Origin: Eledone cirrhosa
Taxonomy: Eukaryota
DNA length: 64,000 nt
Assembly (NCBI GenBank): GCA_964016885.1
Contig: OZ024744.1
Location: 16,368,001 to 16,432,000, forward strand
Reading direction: 5' to 3'
Below the pieces are notes generated by a model. The model saw only the letters and a program-made list of their open reading frames with translations. It was not told where the DNA came from and did no database searches. A program made the translations under genes and the position numbers. Position 1 is the first letter of the stretch. Each line of letters starts with the position of its first letter. Of this stretch, positions 1 through 13,000 are shown in pieces.

Positions 1-1016
1 AAGGAGAGTATGAAGGAAGTTGTCGAAGGAGAATCTGAAAGAAGTTGGAGAAGGAGAGTATGAAGGAAGTTGAAGAAGGCGAATCTGAAGGAAGTTGGAG
101 AAGGAGAGTATGGAGGAAGTTGGGGGAGGAGAATATGAAGGAAGTTGAAGGAGGAGAATATGAACGAAGTTGAAGAAGGAGAATATGAAGGAAGTTGAAG
201 GGGGAGAATATGAAGGAAGTTGAAGAAGGAGAATCAGAAGGAAGTTGGAGGAGGAGAGAATGAAGGAAGTTGAAGAAGGAGAATCTGAAAGATGTTGGAG
301 AAGGAGAGTAGTAAGGAAGTTGGAGAAGGAGAATCTGAAGGAAGTTGGAGAAGGAGAGTATGAAGGAAGTTGAAGGAGGAGAATATGAAGGAAGTTGAAG
401 GAGGAGAATATGAACGAAGTTGAAGAAGGAGAATATGAAGGAAGTTGAAGGAGAAGTATATGAAGGAAGTTGAAGAAGGAGAATCTGAAGGAAGTTGGAG
501 AAAGAGAGTATGAAGGAAGTTGAAGAAGGAGAATCTGAAGGAAGTTGGAAAAGGAGAGTATTAAGGAAGTTGGAGAAGGAGAATATGAAGGAAGTTGGAG
601 AAGGAGAGTATGAAGGCAGTTGAAGAAGGAAAATCTGAAGGAAGTTGGAGGAGAGTATGAAGGAAGTTGGAGAAGGAGAATATGAAGGAAGTTGAAGGAG
701 GAGAATATAAACGAATTTGGAGAAGGAGAGTATGAAGGAAGTTGGAGAAGGAGAATCTGAAGGAAGTTGGAGAAGGAGAGTATGAAGGAAGTTGGGGAGG
801 AGAATATGAAGGAAGTTGAAGGAGGAGAATATGAACGAAGTTGAAGAAGGAGAATATGAAGGAAGTTGAAGGGGGAGAATATGAAGGAAGTTGAAGAAGG
901 AGAATCAGAAGGAAGTCGGAGAAGGAGAGAATGAAGGAAGTTGAAGAAGGAGAATCTGAAAGATGTTGGAGAAGGAGAGTAGTAAGGAAGTTGGAGAAGG
1001 AGAATCTGAAGGAAGT

Positions 1017-4000
1017 TGGAGAAGGAGAGTATGAAGGAAGTTGGAGAAGGAGAATCTGAAGGAAGTTGGAGAAGGAGAGTATGAAGGAAGTTGGAGAAGT
1101 AGAGTATGAAGAAAGTTGGAGAAGGAGAATAGGAATGAAGTTGTGGAAGAAGGTATGAAAGAAGTTGGAGAAGGAGAATATGAAGGAAGTTGAAGGAGGA
1201 GAATATGAAGGAAGTTAGAAAAGGAGAGTATGAAGGAAGTTGGAGATGGAGAGTATGAAAGAAGTTGAATAAGGAGAATATCAAGGAAGTTGGAGAAGGA
1301 GAGTGTGATTGAAGTTGGAGAAGGAGAGTATGAAGGAAGTTGGAGAAGGAGAATATGAAGGAAGTTGGAAAAGGAGAGTAAGAAGGAGGTTGGAAGAGGA
1401 GAGTATGAAGGAAGTTGGAGATGGAGGATATGAAGGAAGTTGGAGAAGGATAATACGAGGGAAGTTGGAGAAGGAGTGTATGAAGGAAGTTGGAGAAGTA
1501 GAATATGAAGGAAGTTGAAGGAGGAGAATATGAAGGAAATTGAAGAAGGAGAATATGAAGGAATTTGGAGAAGGAGAGTATGAAGGAAGTTGGAGAAGGA
1601 GAGTATGAAGGAAGTTAGAGAAGGAGAATAAGAAGGAAGTTGGAGAAGGAGAGTATGAAGTAAGTTGGAGAAAAAGAATATGAAGGAAGGTGTGGAATAA
1701 GGTATGAAGGAAGTTGGAGAAGGAGAGTATGAAGGAAGTTGGAGAAGGAGAGTATGAAGGAAGTTGGAGAAGGAGAGTATGAAGGAAGATGAAGAAGGAG
1801 AATATGAAGAAAGTTGGAGAAGGAGAGTATGAAGGAAGTTGGAGAAGGAGAGTATGAAGGAAGTTGAAGGAAGAGAACATGAAGGAAGTTGAAGAAGGAG
1901 AATATGAAGGAAGTTGAAGAAGGAGAGTATGAAGGAAGTTGAAGGAAGAAAATATGAAGGAAGTTGGAGGAGGAGAATATGAAGGAAGTTGGAGAAGGAG
2001 AATATGAAGGAAGTTGAAGAAGGAGAGAATGAAGGAATTTGGAGAAGGAGAGTATGAAGGAAGTTGAAGGAAGAAAATATGAAGGAAGTTGGAGAAGGAG
2101 AGTATGAAGGAAGTTGGGGAAGGAGAGTATGAAGGAAGTTGGAAAAGAAGAGTATGAAGGAAGTTGGAGAAGGAGAGTATGAAGGAAGTTGGAGAAGGGG
2201 AGTATGAAGGAAGTTGAAGAAGAAGAATATGAAGGAAGTTGGAGAAGAAGAGTATGAAGGAAGTTGAAGGAGGAGAACATGAAGGAAGTTGGAGAAGGAG
2301 AGTATAAAGGAAGTTGAAGGAGGAGAATATGAAGGAAGTTGAAGGAGGAGAATATGAACGAATTTGGAGAAGGAGAGTATGAAGGAAGTTGGAGAATGAG
2401 AATCTGAAGGAAGTTGGAGAAAGAGAGAATGAAGGAAGTTGAAGAAGGAGAATCTGAAAGATGTTGGAGAAGGAGAGTAGTAAGGAAGTTGGAGAAGGAG
2501 AATCTGAAGGAAGTTGGAGAAGGAGAGTATGAAGGAAGTTGAAGGAGAAGTATATGAAGGAAGTTGAAGAAGGAGAATCTGAAGGAAGTTGGAGAAAGAG
2601 AGTATGAAGGAAGTTGAAGAAGGAGAATCTGAAGGAAGTTGGAAAAGGAGAGTATGAAGGAAGTTGAAGAAGGAAAATCTGAAGGAAGTTGGAGGAGAGT
2701 ATGAAGGAAGTTGGAGAAGGAGAATATGAAGGAAGTTGAAGAAGGAGAATATAAACGAATTTGGAGAAGGAGAGTATGAAGGAAGTTGGAGAATGAGAAT
2801 CTGAAGGAAGTTGGAGAAGGAGAGTATGAAGGAAGTTGGAGAAGGAGAATCTGAAGGAAGTTGGAGAAGGAGAGTATGAAGGAAGTTGAAGAAGGAGAAT
2901 CTGAAGGAAGTTGGAGATGGAGAGTATGGAGGAAGTTAGAGAAGGAGAATATGAAGGAAATTGAAGGAAGAGAATATGAACGAAGTTGGAGAAGGAGAAT
3001 ATGAAGGAAGTTGAAGGAGGAGAATATGAAGGAAGTTGAAGAAGGAGAATCAGAAGGAAGTTGGAGAAGGAGAGTATGAAGGAAGTTGAAGAAGGAGAAT
3101 CTGAAAGAAGTTGGAGAAGGAGAGTATGAAGGAAGTTGGAGAAGGAAAATCTGAAGGAAGTTGGAGAAAGAGAGTATGAAGGAATTTGAAGGAGAAGAAT
3201 ATGAAGGAAGTTGAAGAAGGAGAATCTGAAGGAAGTTGGAGAAGGAGAGCATGAATGAAGTTGAAGAAGGAGAATCTGAAGGAAGTTGGAGGAGAGTATG
3301 AAGGAAGTTGGAGAAAGAGAGTATGAAGGAAGTTGAAGGAGTATATGAACGAAGTTGGAGATGGAGAATATGAAGAAAGTTGAAGTAGGAGAATATGAAG
3401 TAAGTTGAAGAAGGAGAAACAGCAGAAGGAAGTTGTAGAAGGAGAGTATGAAGGAAGTTGGAGAAGGAGAATATGAAGTAAGTTGAAGAAGGAGAATCAG
3501 AAGGAAGTTGGAGAAGGAGAGTATGAAGGAAGTTGGAGAAGGAGAGTATGAAGGAAGTTGGAGAAGGAGAGTATGAAGGAGGTTGGAGGAGGAGAGTATG
3601 AAGGAAGTTAGAGAAGGAGAATATGAAGGAAGTTGGAGAAGGAGAGTATGAAGTAAGTTGGAGAAAAAGAATATGAAGGAAGGTGTGGAAGAAGGTATGA
3701 AGGAAGTTGGAGAAGGAGAGAATGAAGAGAGTTGGAGAAGGAGAGTATGAAGGAAGTTGGAGAAGGAGAGTATGAAGGAAGTTGGAGAAGGAGAGTATGA
3801 AGGAAGTTGAAGAAGGAGAATATGAAGGAAGTTGGAGAAGAAGAGTATGAAGGAAGTTGAAGGAGGAGAACATGAAGGAAGTTGAAGAAGGAGAATCTGA
3901 AGGAAGTTGGAGAAGGAGAGTATGAAGGAAGTTGAAGGAGGAGAATATGAAGGAATTTGGAGAAGGAGAGTATGAAGGAAGTTGGAGAAGGAGAGTATGA

Positions 4001-7000
4001 AGGAAGTTGGAGAAGGAGAGTATGAAGGAGGTTGGAGGAGGAGAATATGAACGAATTTGGAGAAGGAGAGTATGAAGGAAGTTGGAGAATGAGAATCTGA
4101 AGGAAGTTGGAGAAGGAGAGAATGAAGGAAGTTGAAGAAGGAGAATCTGAAAGATGTTGGAGAAGGAGAGTATTAAGGAAGTTGGAGAAGGAGAATCTGA
4201 AGGAAGTTGGAGAAGGAGAGTATGAAGGAAGTTGAAGGAGAAGTATATGAAGGAAGTTGAAGAAGGAGAATCTGAAGGAAGTTGGAGAAAGAGAGTATGA
4301 AGGAAGTTGAAGAAGGAGAATCTGAAGGAAGTTGGAAAAGGAGAGTATGAAGGAAGTTGGAGAAGGAGAATATGAAGGAAGTTGGAGAAGGAGAGTATGA
4401 AGGAAGTTGAAGAAGGAAAATCTGAAGGAAGTTGGAGGAGAGTCTGAAGGAAGTTGGAGAAGGAGAATATGAAGGAAGTTGAAGAAGGAGAATCAGAAGG
4501 AAGTTGGAGAAGGAGAGTATGAAGGAAGTTGGAGAAGGAGAGTATGAAGGAAGTTGGAGAAGGAGAGTATGAAGGAAGTTGGAGAAGGAGAATCTGAAGG
4601 AAGTTGGAGAAGGAGAGTATGAAGGAAGTTGAAGGAGGAGAATATGAAGGAAGTTGAAGGAGGAGAATATGAACGAATTTGGAGAAGGAGATTATGAAGG
4701 AAGTTGGAGAATGAGAATCTGAAGGAAGTTGGAGAAGGAGAGTATGAAGGAAGTTGGAGAAGGAGAATCTGAAGGAAGTTGGAGAAGGAGAGTATGAAGG
4801 AAGTTGAAGAAGGAGAATCTGAAGGAAGTTGGAGAAGGAGAGTATGAAGGAAGTTGGGGGAGGAGAATATGAAGGAAGTTGAAGTAGGAGAATATGAACG
4901 AAGTTGAAGAAGGAGAATATGAAGGAAGTTGAAGGGGGAGAATATGAAGGAAGTTGAAGAAGGAGAATCAGAAGGAAGTTGGAGAAGGAGAGAATGAAGG
5001 AAGTTGAAGAAGGAGAATCTGAAAGATGTTGGAGAAGGAGAGTAGTAAGGAAGTTGGAGAAGGAGAATCTGAAGGAAGTTGGAGAAGGAGAGTATGAAGG
5101 AAGTTGAAGGAGAAGTATATGAAGGAAGTTGAAGAAGGAGAATCTGAAGGAAGTTGGAGAAAGAGAGTATGAAGGAAGTTGAAGAAGGAGAATCTGAAGG
5201 AAGTTGTAAAAGGAGAGTATTAAGGAAGTTGGAGAAGGAGAATATGAAGGAAGTTGGAGGAGAAGAGTATGAAGGAAGTTGAAGAAGGAAAATCTGAAGG
5301 AAGTTGGAGGAGAGTATGAAGGAAGTTGGAGAAGGAGAATATGAAGGAAGTTGAAGTAGGAGAATATAAACGAATTTGGAGAAGGAGAGTATGAAGGAAG
5401 TTGGAGAATGAGAATCTGAAGGAAGTTGGAGAAGGAGAGTATGAAGGAAGTTGAAGGAGAAGAATATGAAGGAACTTGAAGAAGGAGAATCTGAAGGAAG
5501 TTGGAGATGGAGAGTATGGAGGAAGTTAGAGAAGGAGAATATGAAGGAAATTGAAGGAAGAGAAAATGAACGAAGTTGGAGAAAGAGAATATGAAGGAAG
5601 TTGAAGGAGGAGAATATGAAGGAAGTTGAAGAAGGAGAATCAGAAGGAAGTTGGAGAAGGAGAGTATGAAGGAAGTTGAAGAAGGAGAATCTGAAAGAAG
5701 TTGGAGAAGGAGAGTATGAAGGAAGTTGGAGATGGAGAATCTGAGAGAAGTTGGAGAAAGAGAGTATGAAGTAATTTGAAGGAGAAGAATATGAAGTAAG
5801 TTGAAGAAGGAGAATCTGAAGGAAGTTGGAGAAGGAGAGCATGAATGAAGTTGAAGAAGGAGAATCTGAAGGAAGTTGGAGAAAGAGAGTATGAAGGAAG
5901 TTGAAGGAGGAGTATATGAACGAAGTTGGAGATGGAGAATATGAAGAAAGTTGAAGTAGGAGAATATGAAGTAAGTTGAAGAAGGAGAATCAGAAGGAAG
6001 TTGGAGAAGGAGAGTATGAAGGAAGTTGGACAAGGAGAATATGAAGGAAGTTGAAGGAGCAGAATATGAAGGAAGTTGGAGAAGGAGAGTATGAAGGAAG
6101 TTGGAGAAGGAGAATATGAAGGAAGTTGGAGAAGGAGAGTATGAAGGAAGTTGGAGAAGGAGAATATGAAGAAAGTTGAAGGAGGAGAATATGAAGGAAG
6201 TTGGAGGAGGAGAGTATGAAGGAAGTTGGAGAAGGAGAGTATGAAGGAGGTTGGAGAAGGAGAATATGAAGGAAGTTGGAGAAGGAGAGTATGAAGGAGC
6301 TTGGAATTGTAGAGTATGAAGGAAGTTGTAGAAGGATAATATGAAGGAAGTTTGAGAAGGAGAATATGAAGGAAGTTGGAGGAGGAGAGTATGAAGGAAG
6401 TAGGAGAAGGAGAATCCGACGGATGTTGGAGAAGGAGAGTAGGAAAGAAGTTGGAGAAGGATAATATGAAAGAAGTTGGATGAGGAGAATATGAAGGAAA
6501 TTGAAGGAGGAGAATATTAAAGAAGTTGGAAAAGGAGAGTATGAAGGAAGTTGGAGAAAGAGAATCTGAAGGAAGTTGGAGAAGAAGAGTATGAAGGAAG
6601 TTGGAGAAGGAGACTATGAAGGAAGTTGGAGAAGGAAAGTATGAAGGAAGTTGGAGAAGGAGAGTATGAAGGAAGTTGGAGAAGGAGATTATGAAGGAAG
6701 TTGGAGAAGGAGAGTATGAAGGAAGTTGGAGAAGTAGCGTATGATGGAAGTTGGAGAAGGAGATTATGAAGGAAGTTGAATAAGGAGAATATGAAGGAAG
6801 TTGGAGAAGGAGTGTATGAAGGAAGTTGGAGAAGGAGAGTATGAAGGGGGCTGGAGGAGGAGAATATGAAGGAAGTTGGAGAAGGAGAGTATGAAGGAAG
6901 TTGGAGAAGTAGAATATGAAGGAAGTTGGGGAAGAAGGTATGAAGGAAGTTGGAGAAGGAGAGTCTGAAGGAAGTTGGAGATGGAGAGTATGAAGGAAGT

Positions 7001-10000
7001 TGAAGAAGGAGAGTATGAAGGAAGTTGGAGAAGTAGAGTATGAAGGAAGTTGGAGATGGAGAGTATGAAGGAAGTTGAATAAGGAGAATATCAAGGAAGT
7101 TGGAGAAGGAGAGTGTGATTGAAGTTGGAGAAGAAGAGTATGAAGGAAGTTGGAGAAGGAGAATATGAAGGAAGTTGGAAAAGGAGAGTATGAAGGAGGT
7201 TGGAGGAGGAGAGTATGAAGGAAGTTGGAGATGGAGAATATGAAGGAAGTTGGAGAAGGATAATGTGAAGGAAGTTGGAGAAGGAGTGTATGAAGGTAGT
7301 TGGAGAAGGAGAATATGAAGGAAGTTGAAGGAGCAGAATATGAAGGAAGTTGAAGAAGGAGAATATGAAGGAAGTTGGAGAAGGAGAGTATGAAGGAAGA
7401 AAATATGAAGGAAGTTGGAGAAGGAGAGTATGAAGGAAGTTGGAGAAGGAGAATATGAAGGAAGTTGAAGAAGGAAAATATGAAGGAAGTTGCAGAAGGA
7501 TAATATGAAGGAAGTTGGAGAAGGCGAGTATGAAGGAAATTGGAGAAGGAGAGTATGAAGGAGGTTGGAGGAGGAGAGTATGAAGGAAGTTGGAGAAGGA
7601 GAATATGAAGGAAATTGGAGAAGGAGCGTATGAAGGAAGTTGGAGAAAAAGAATATGGAGGAAGTTGTGGAAGAAGGTATGAAGGAAGTTGGAGAAGGAG
7701 AGTATGAATAAAGTTGGAGAAGGAGAGTATGAAGGAAGTTGAAGGAAGAAAATATGAAGGAAGTTGGAGGAGGAGAATATGAAGGAAGTTGGAGAAGGAG
7801 AATATGAAGGAAGTTGGAGAAGGAAAATATGAAGGATGTTGGAGAAGGATAATATGAAAGAAGTTGGAGAAGGAGAGTATGAAGGAAGTTGGAGAAGGAG
7901 AGTATGAAGGAAGTTGGAGAAGTAGCGTATGAAGGAAGTTGAAGGAGAAGAATATTAAGGAAGTTGAAGAAGGAGAATATGAAGGAAGTTGGAGAAGGAG
8001 AGTATGAAGGAAGTTGAAGGAAGAAAATATGAAGGAAGTTGAAAGGAGAAGAATATGAAGGAAGTTGGAGAAGGAAAATATGAAGGATGTTGGAGAAGGA
8101 GAGTATGAAGGAAGTTGTAGAAGGAGCGTATGAAGGAAGTTGGAGAAGGAGATTATGAAGGAAGTTGGAGAAGGAGAGTATGAAGGAAGTTGGAGAAGGA
8201 GAATATGAAGGAAGTTGGGGAAGAAGGTATGAAGGAAGTTGGAGAAGGAGAGTATGAAGGAAGTTGGAGAAGGAGAGTATGAAGGAATTTGGAGAAGGAG
8301 AGTATGAAGGAAGTTGAAGGAAGAAAATATGAAGGAAGTTGGAGAAGGAGAGTATTAAGGAAGTTGGGGAAGAATGTATTAAGGAAGTTGGAGAAGGAGA
8401 GTATGAAGGATGTTGGAGAAGGAGAGTATGAAGGAAGTTGGAGAAGGAGAGTTTGAAGGAAGTTGAAGTAGGAGAATATGAAGGAAGTTGAAGAAGGAGA
8501 GTATGAAGGAAGTTGAAGAAGGAAAATCTGAAGGAAGTTGGAGGAGAGTATGAAGGAAGTTGGAGAAGGAGAATATGAAGGAAGTTGAAGGAGGAGAATA
8601 TAAACGAATTTGGAGAAGGAGAGTATGAAGGAAGTTGGAGAAGGAGAATCTGAAGGAAGTTGGAGAAGGAGAGTATGAAGGAAGTTGGAGAAGTAGAGTA
8701 TGAAGAAAGTTGGAGAAGGAGAATAGGAATGAAGTTGTGGAAGAAGGTATGAAAGAAGTTGGAGAAGGAGAATATGAAGGAAGTTGAAGGAGGAGAATAT
8801 GAAGGAAGTTAGAAAAGGAGAGTATGAAGGAAGTTGGAGATGGAGAGTATGAAAGAAGTTGAATAAGGAGAATATCAAGGAAGTTGGAGAAGGAGAGTGT
8901 GATTGAAGTTGGAGAAGGAGAGTATGAAGGAAGTTGGAGAAGGAGAATATGAAGGAAGTTGGAAAAGGAGAGTAAGAAGGAGGTTGGAAGAGGAGAGTAT
9001 GAAGGAAGTTGGAGATGGAGGATATGAAAGAAGTTGGAGAAGGATAATACGAGGGAAGTTGGAGAAGGAGTGTATGAAGGAAGTTGGAGAAGTAGAATAT
9101 GAAGGAAGTTGAAGGAGGAGAATATGAAGGAAATTGAAGAAGGAGAATATGAAGGAATTTGGAGAAGGAGAGTATGAAGGAAGTTGGAGAAGGAGAGTAT
9201 GAAGGAAGTTAGAGAAGGAGAATAAGAAGGAAGTTGGAGAAGGAGAGTATGAAGTAAGTTGGAGAAAAAGAATATGAAGGAAGGTGTGGAATAAGGTATG
9301 AAGGAAGTTGGAGAAGGAGAGTATGAAGGAAGTTGGAGAAGGAGAGTATGAAGGAAGTTGGAGAAGGAGAGTATGAAGGAAGATGAAGAAGGAGAATATG
9401 AAGAAAGTTGGAGAAGGAGAGTATGAAGGAAGTTGGAGAAGGAGAGTATGAAGGAAGTTGAAGGAAGAGAACATGAAGGAAGTTGAAGAAGGAGAATATG
9501 AAGGAAGTTGAAGAAGGAGAGTATGAAGGAAGTTGAAGGAAGAAAATATGAAGGAAGTTGGAGGAGGAGAATATGAAGGAAGTTGGAGAAGGAGAATATG
9601 AAGGAAGTTGAAGAAGGAGAGAATGAAGGAATTTGGAGAAGGAGAGTATGAAGGAAGTTGAAGGAAGAAAATATGAAGGAAGTTGGAGAAGGAGAGTATG
9701 AAGGAAGTTGGGGAAGGAGAGTATGAAGGAAGTTGGAAAAGAAGAGTATGAAGGAAGTTGGAGAAGGAGAGTATGAAGGAAGTTGGAGAAGGGGAGTATG
9801 AAGGAAGTTGAAGAAGAAGAATATGAAGGAAGTTGGAGAAGAAGAGTATGAAGGAAGTTGAAGGAGGAGAACATGAAGGAAGTTGGAGAAGGAGAGTATA
9901 AAGGAAGTTGAAGGAGGAGAATATGAAGGAAGTTGAAGGAGGAGAATATGAACGAATTTGGAGAAGGAGAGTATGAAGGAAGTTGGAGAATGAGAATCTG

Positions 10001-13000
10001 AAGGAAGTTGGAGAAAGAGAGAATGAAGGAAGTTGAAGAAGGAGAATCTGAAAGATGTTGGAGAAGGAGAGTAGTAAGGAAGTTGGAGAAGGAGAATCTG
10101 AAGGAAGTTGGAGAAGGAGAGTATGAAGGAAGTTGAAGGAGAAGTATATGAAGGAAGTTGAAGAAGGAGAATCTGAAGGAAGTTGGAGAAAGAGAGTATG
10201 AAGGAAGTTGAAGAAGGAGAATCTGAAGGAAGTTGGAAAAGGAGAGTATGAAGGAAGTTGAAGAAGGAAAATCTGAAGGAAGTTGGAGGAGAGTATGAAG
10301 GAAGTTGGAGAAGGAGAATATGAAGGAAGTTGAAGAAGGAGAATATAAACGAATTTGGAGAAGGAGAGTATGAAGGAAGTTGGAGAATGAGAATCTGAAG
10401 GAAGTTGGAGAAGGAGAGTATGAAGGAAGTTGGAGAAGGAGAATCTGAAGGAAGTTGGAGAAGGAGAGTATGAAGGAAGTTGAAGAAGGAGAATCTGAAG
10501 GAAGTTGGAGATGGAGAGTATGGAGGAAGTTAGAGAAGGAGAATATGAAGGAAATTGAAGGAAGAGAATATGAACGAAGTTGGAGAAGGAGAATATGAAG
10601 GAAGTTGAAGGAGGAGAATATGAAGGAAGTTGAAGAAGGAGAATCAGAAGGAAGTTGGAGAAGGAGAGTATGAAGGAAGTTGAAGAAGGAGAATCTGAAA
10701 GAAGTTGGAGAAGGAGAGTATGAAGGAAGTTGGAGAAGGAAAATCTGAAGGAAGTTGGAGAAAGAGAGTATGAAGGAATTTGAAGGAGAAGAATATGAAG
10801 GAAGTTGAAGAAGGAGAATCTGAAGGAAGTTGGAGAAGGAGAGCATGAATGAAGTTGAAGAAGGAGAATCTGAAGGAAGTTGGAGGAGAGTATGAAGGAA
10901 GTTGGAGAAAGAGAGTATGAAGGAAGTTGAAGGAGTATATGAACGAAGTTGGAGATGGAGAATATGAAGAAAGTTGAAGTAGGAGAATATGAAGTAAGTT
11001 GAAGAAGGAGAAACAGCAGAAGGAAGTTGTAGAAGGAGAGTATGAAGGAAGTTGGAGAAGGAGAATATGAAGTAAGTTGAAGAAGGAGAATCAGAAGGAA
11101 GTTGGAGAAGGAGAGTATGAAGGAAGTTGGAGAAGGAGAGTATGAAGGAAGTTGGAGAAGGAGAGTATGAAGGAGGTTGGAGGAGGAGAGTATGAAGGAA
11201 GTTAGAGAAGGAGAATATGAAGGAAGTTGGAGAAGGAGAGTATGAAGTAAGTTGGAGAAAAAGAATATGAAGGAAGGTGTGGAAGAAGGTATGAAGGAAG
11301 TTGGAGAAGGAGAGAATGAAGAGAGTTGGAGAAGGAGAGTATGAAGGAAGTTGGAGAAGGAGAGTATGAAGGAAGTTGGAGAAGGAGAGTATGAAGGAAG
11401 TTGAAGAAGGAGAATATGAAGGAAGTTGGAGAAGAAGAGTATGAAGGAAGTTGAAGGAGGAGAACATGAAGGAAGTTGAAGAAGGAGAATCTGAAGGAAG
11501 TTGGAGAAGGAGAGTATGAAGGAAGTTGAAGGAGGAGAATATGAAGGAATTTGGAGAAGGAGAGTATGAAGGAAGTTGGAGAAGGAGAGTATGAAGGAAG
11601 TTGGAGAAGGAGAGTATGAAGGAGGTTGGAGGAGGAGAATATGAACGAATTTGGAGAAGGAGAGTATGAAGGAAGTTGGAGAATGAGAATCTGAAGGAAG
11701 TTGGAGAAGGAGAGAATGAAGGAAGTTGAAGAAGGAGAATCTGAAAGATGTTGGAGAAGGAGAGTATTAAGGAAGTTGGAGAAGGAGAATCTGAAGGAAG
11801 TTGGAGAAGGAGAGTATGAAGGAAGTTGAAGGAGAAGTATATGAAGGAAGTTGAAGAAGGAGAATCTGAAGGAAGTTGGAGAAAGAGAGTATGAAGGAAG
11901 TTGAAGAAGGAGAATCTGAAGGAAGTTGGAAAAGGAGAGTATGAAGGAAGTTGGAGAAGGAGAATATGAAGGAAGTTGGAGAAGGAGAGTATGAAGGAAG
12001 TTGAAGAAGGAAAATCTGAAGGAAGTTGGAGGAGAGTCTGAAGGAAGTTGGAGAAGGAGAATATGAAGGAAGTTGAAGAAGGAGAATCAGAAGGAAGTTG
12101 GAGAAGGAGAGTATGAAGGAAGTTGGAGAAGGAGAGTATGAAGGAAGTTGGAGAAGGAGAGTATGAAGGAAGTTGGAGAAGGAGAATCTGAAGGAAGTTG
12201 GAGAAGGAGAGTATGAAGGAAGTTGAAGGAGGAGAATATGAAGGAAGTTGAAGGAGGAGAATATGAACGAATTTGGAGAAGGAGATTATGAAGGAAGTTG
12301 GAGAATGAGAATCTGAAGGAAGTTGGAGAAGGAGAGTATGAAGGAAGTTGGAGAAGGAGAATCTGAAGGAAGTTGGAGAAGGAGAGTATGAAGGAAGTTG
12401 AAGAAGGAGAATCTGAAGGAAGTTGGAGAAGGAGAGTATGAAGGAAGTTGGGGGAGGAGAATATGAAGGAAGTTGAAGTAGGAGAATATGAACGAAGTTG
12501 AAGAAGGAGAATATGAAGGAAGTTGAAGGGGGAGAATATGAAGGAAGTTGAAGAAGGAGAATCAGAAGGAAGTTGGAGAAGGAGAGAATGAAGGAAGTTG
12601 AAGAAGGAGAATCTGAAAGATGTTGGAGAAGGAGAGTAGTAAGGAAGTTGGAGAAGGAGAATCTGAAGGAAGTTGGAGAAGGAGAGTATGAAGGAAGTTG
12701 AAGGAGAAGTATATGAAGGAAGTTGAAGAAGGAGAATCTGAAGGAAGTTGGAGAAAGAGAGTATGAAGGAAGTTGAAGAAGGAGAATCTGAAGGAAGTTG
12801 TAAAAGGAGAGTATTAAGGAAGTTGGAGAAGGAGAATATGAAGGAAGTTGGAGGAGAAGAGTATGAAGGAAGTTGAAGAAGGAAAATCTGAAGGAAGTTG
12901 GAGGAGAGTATGAAGGAAGTTGGAGAAGGAGAATATGAAGGAAGTTGAAGTAGGAGAATATAAACGAATTTGGAGAAGGAGAGTATGAAGGAAGTTGGAG

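Noticed and set aside
1309-9112. Plus-strand 69-aa Glu/Gly/Arg-rich ORFs (1309..1518 and 8903..9112)
   Set aside because: Chance loss of the periodic TGA in a few monomers. The second is the 7594-bp duplicate of the first.
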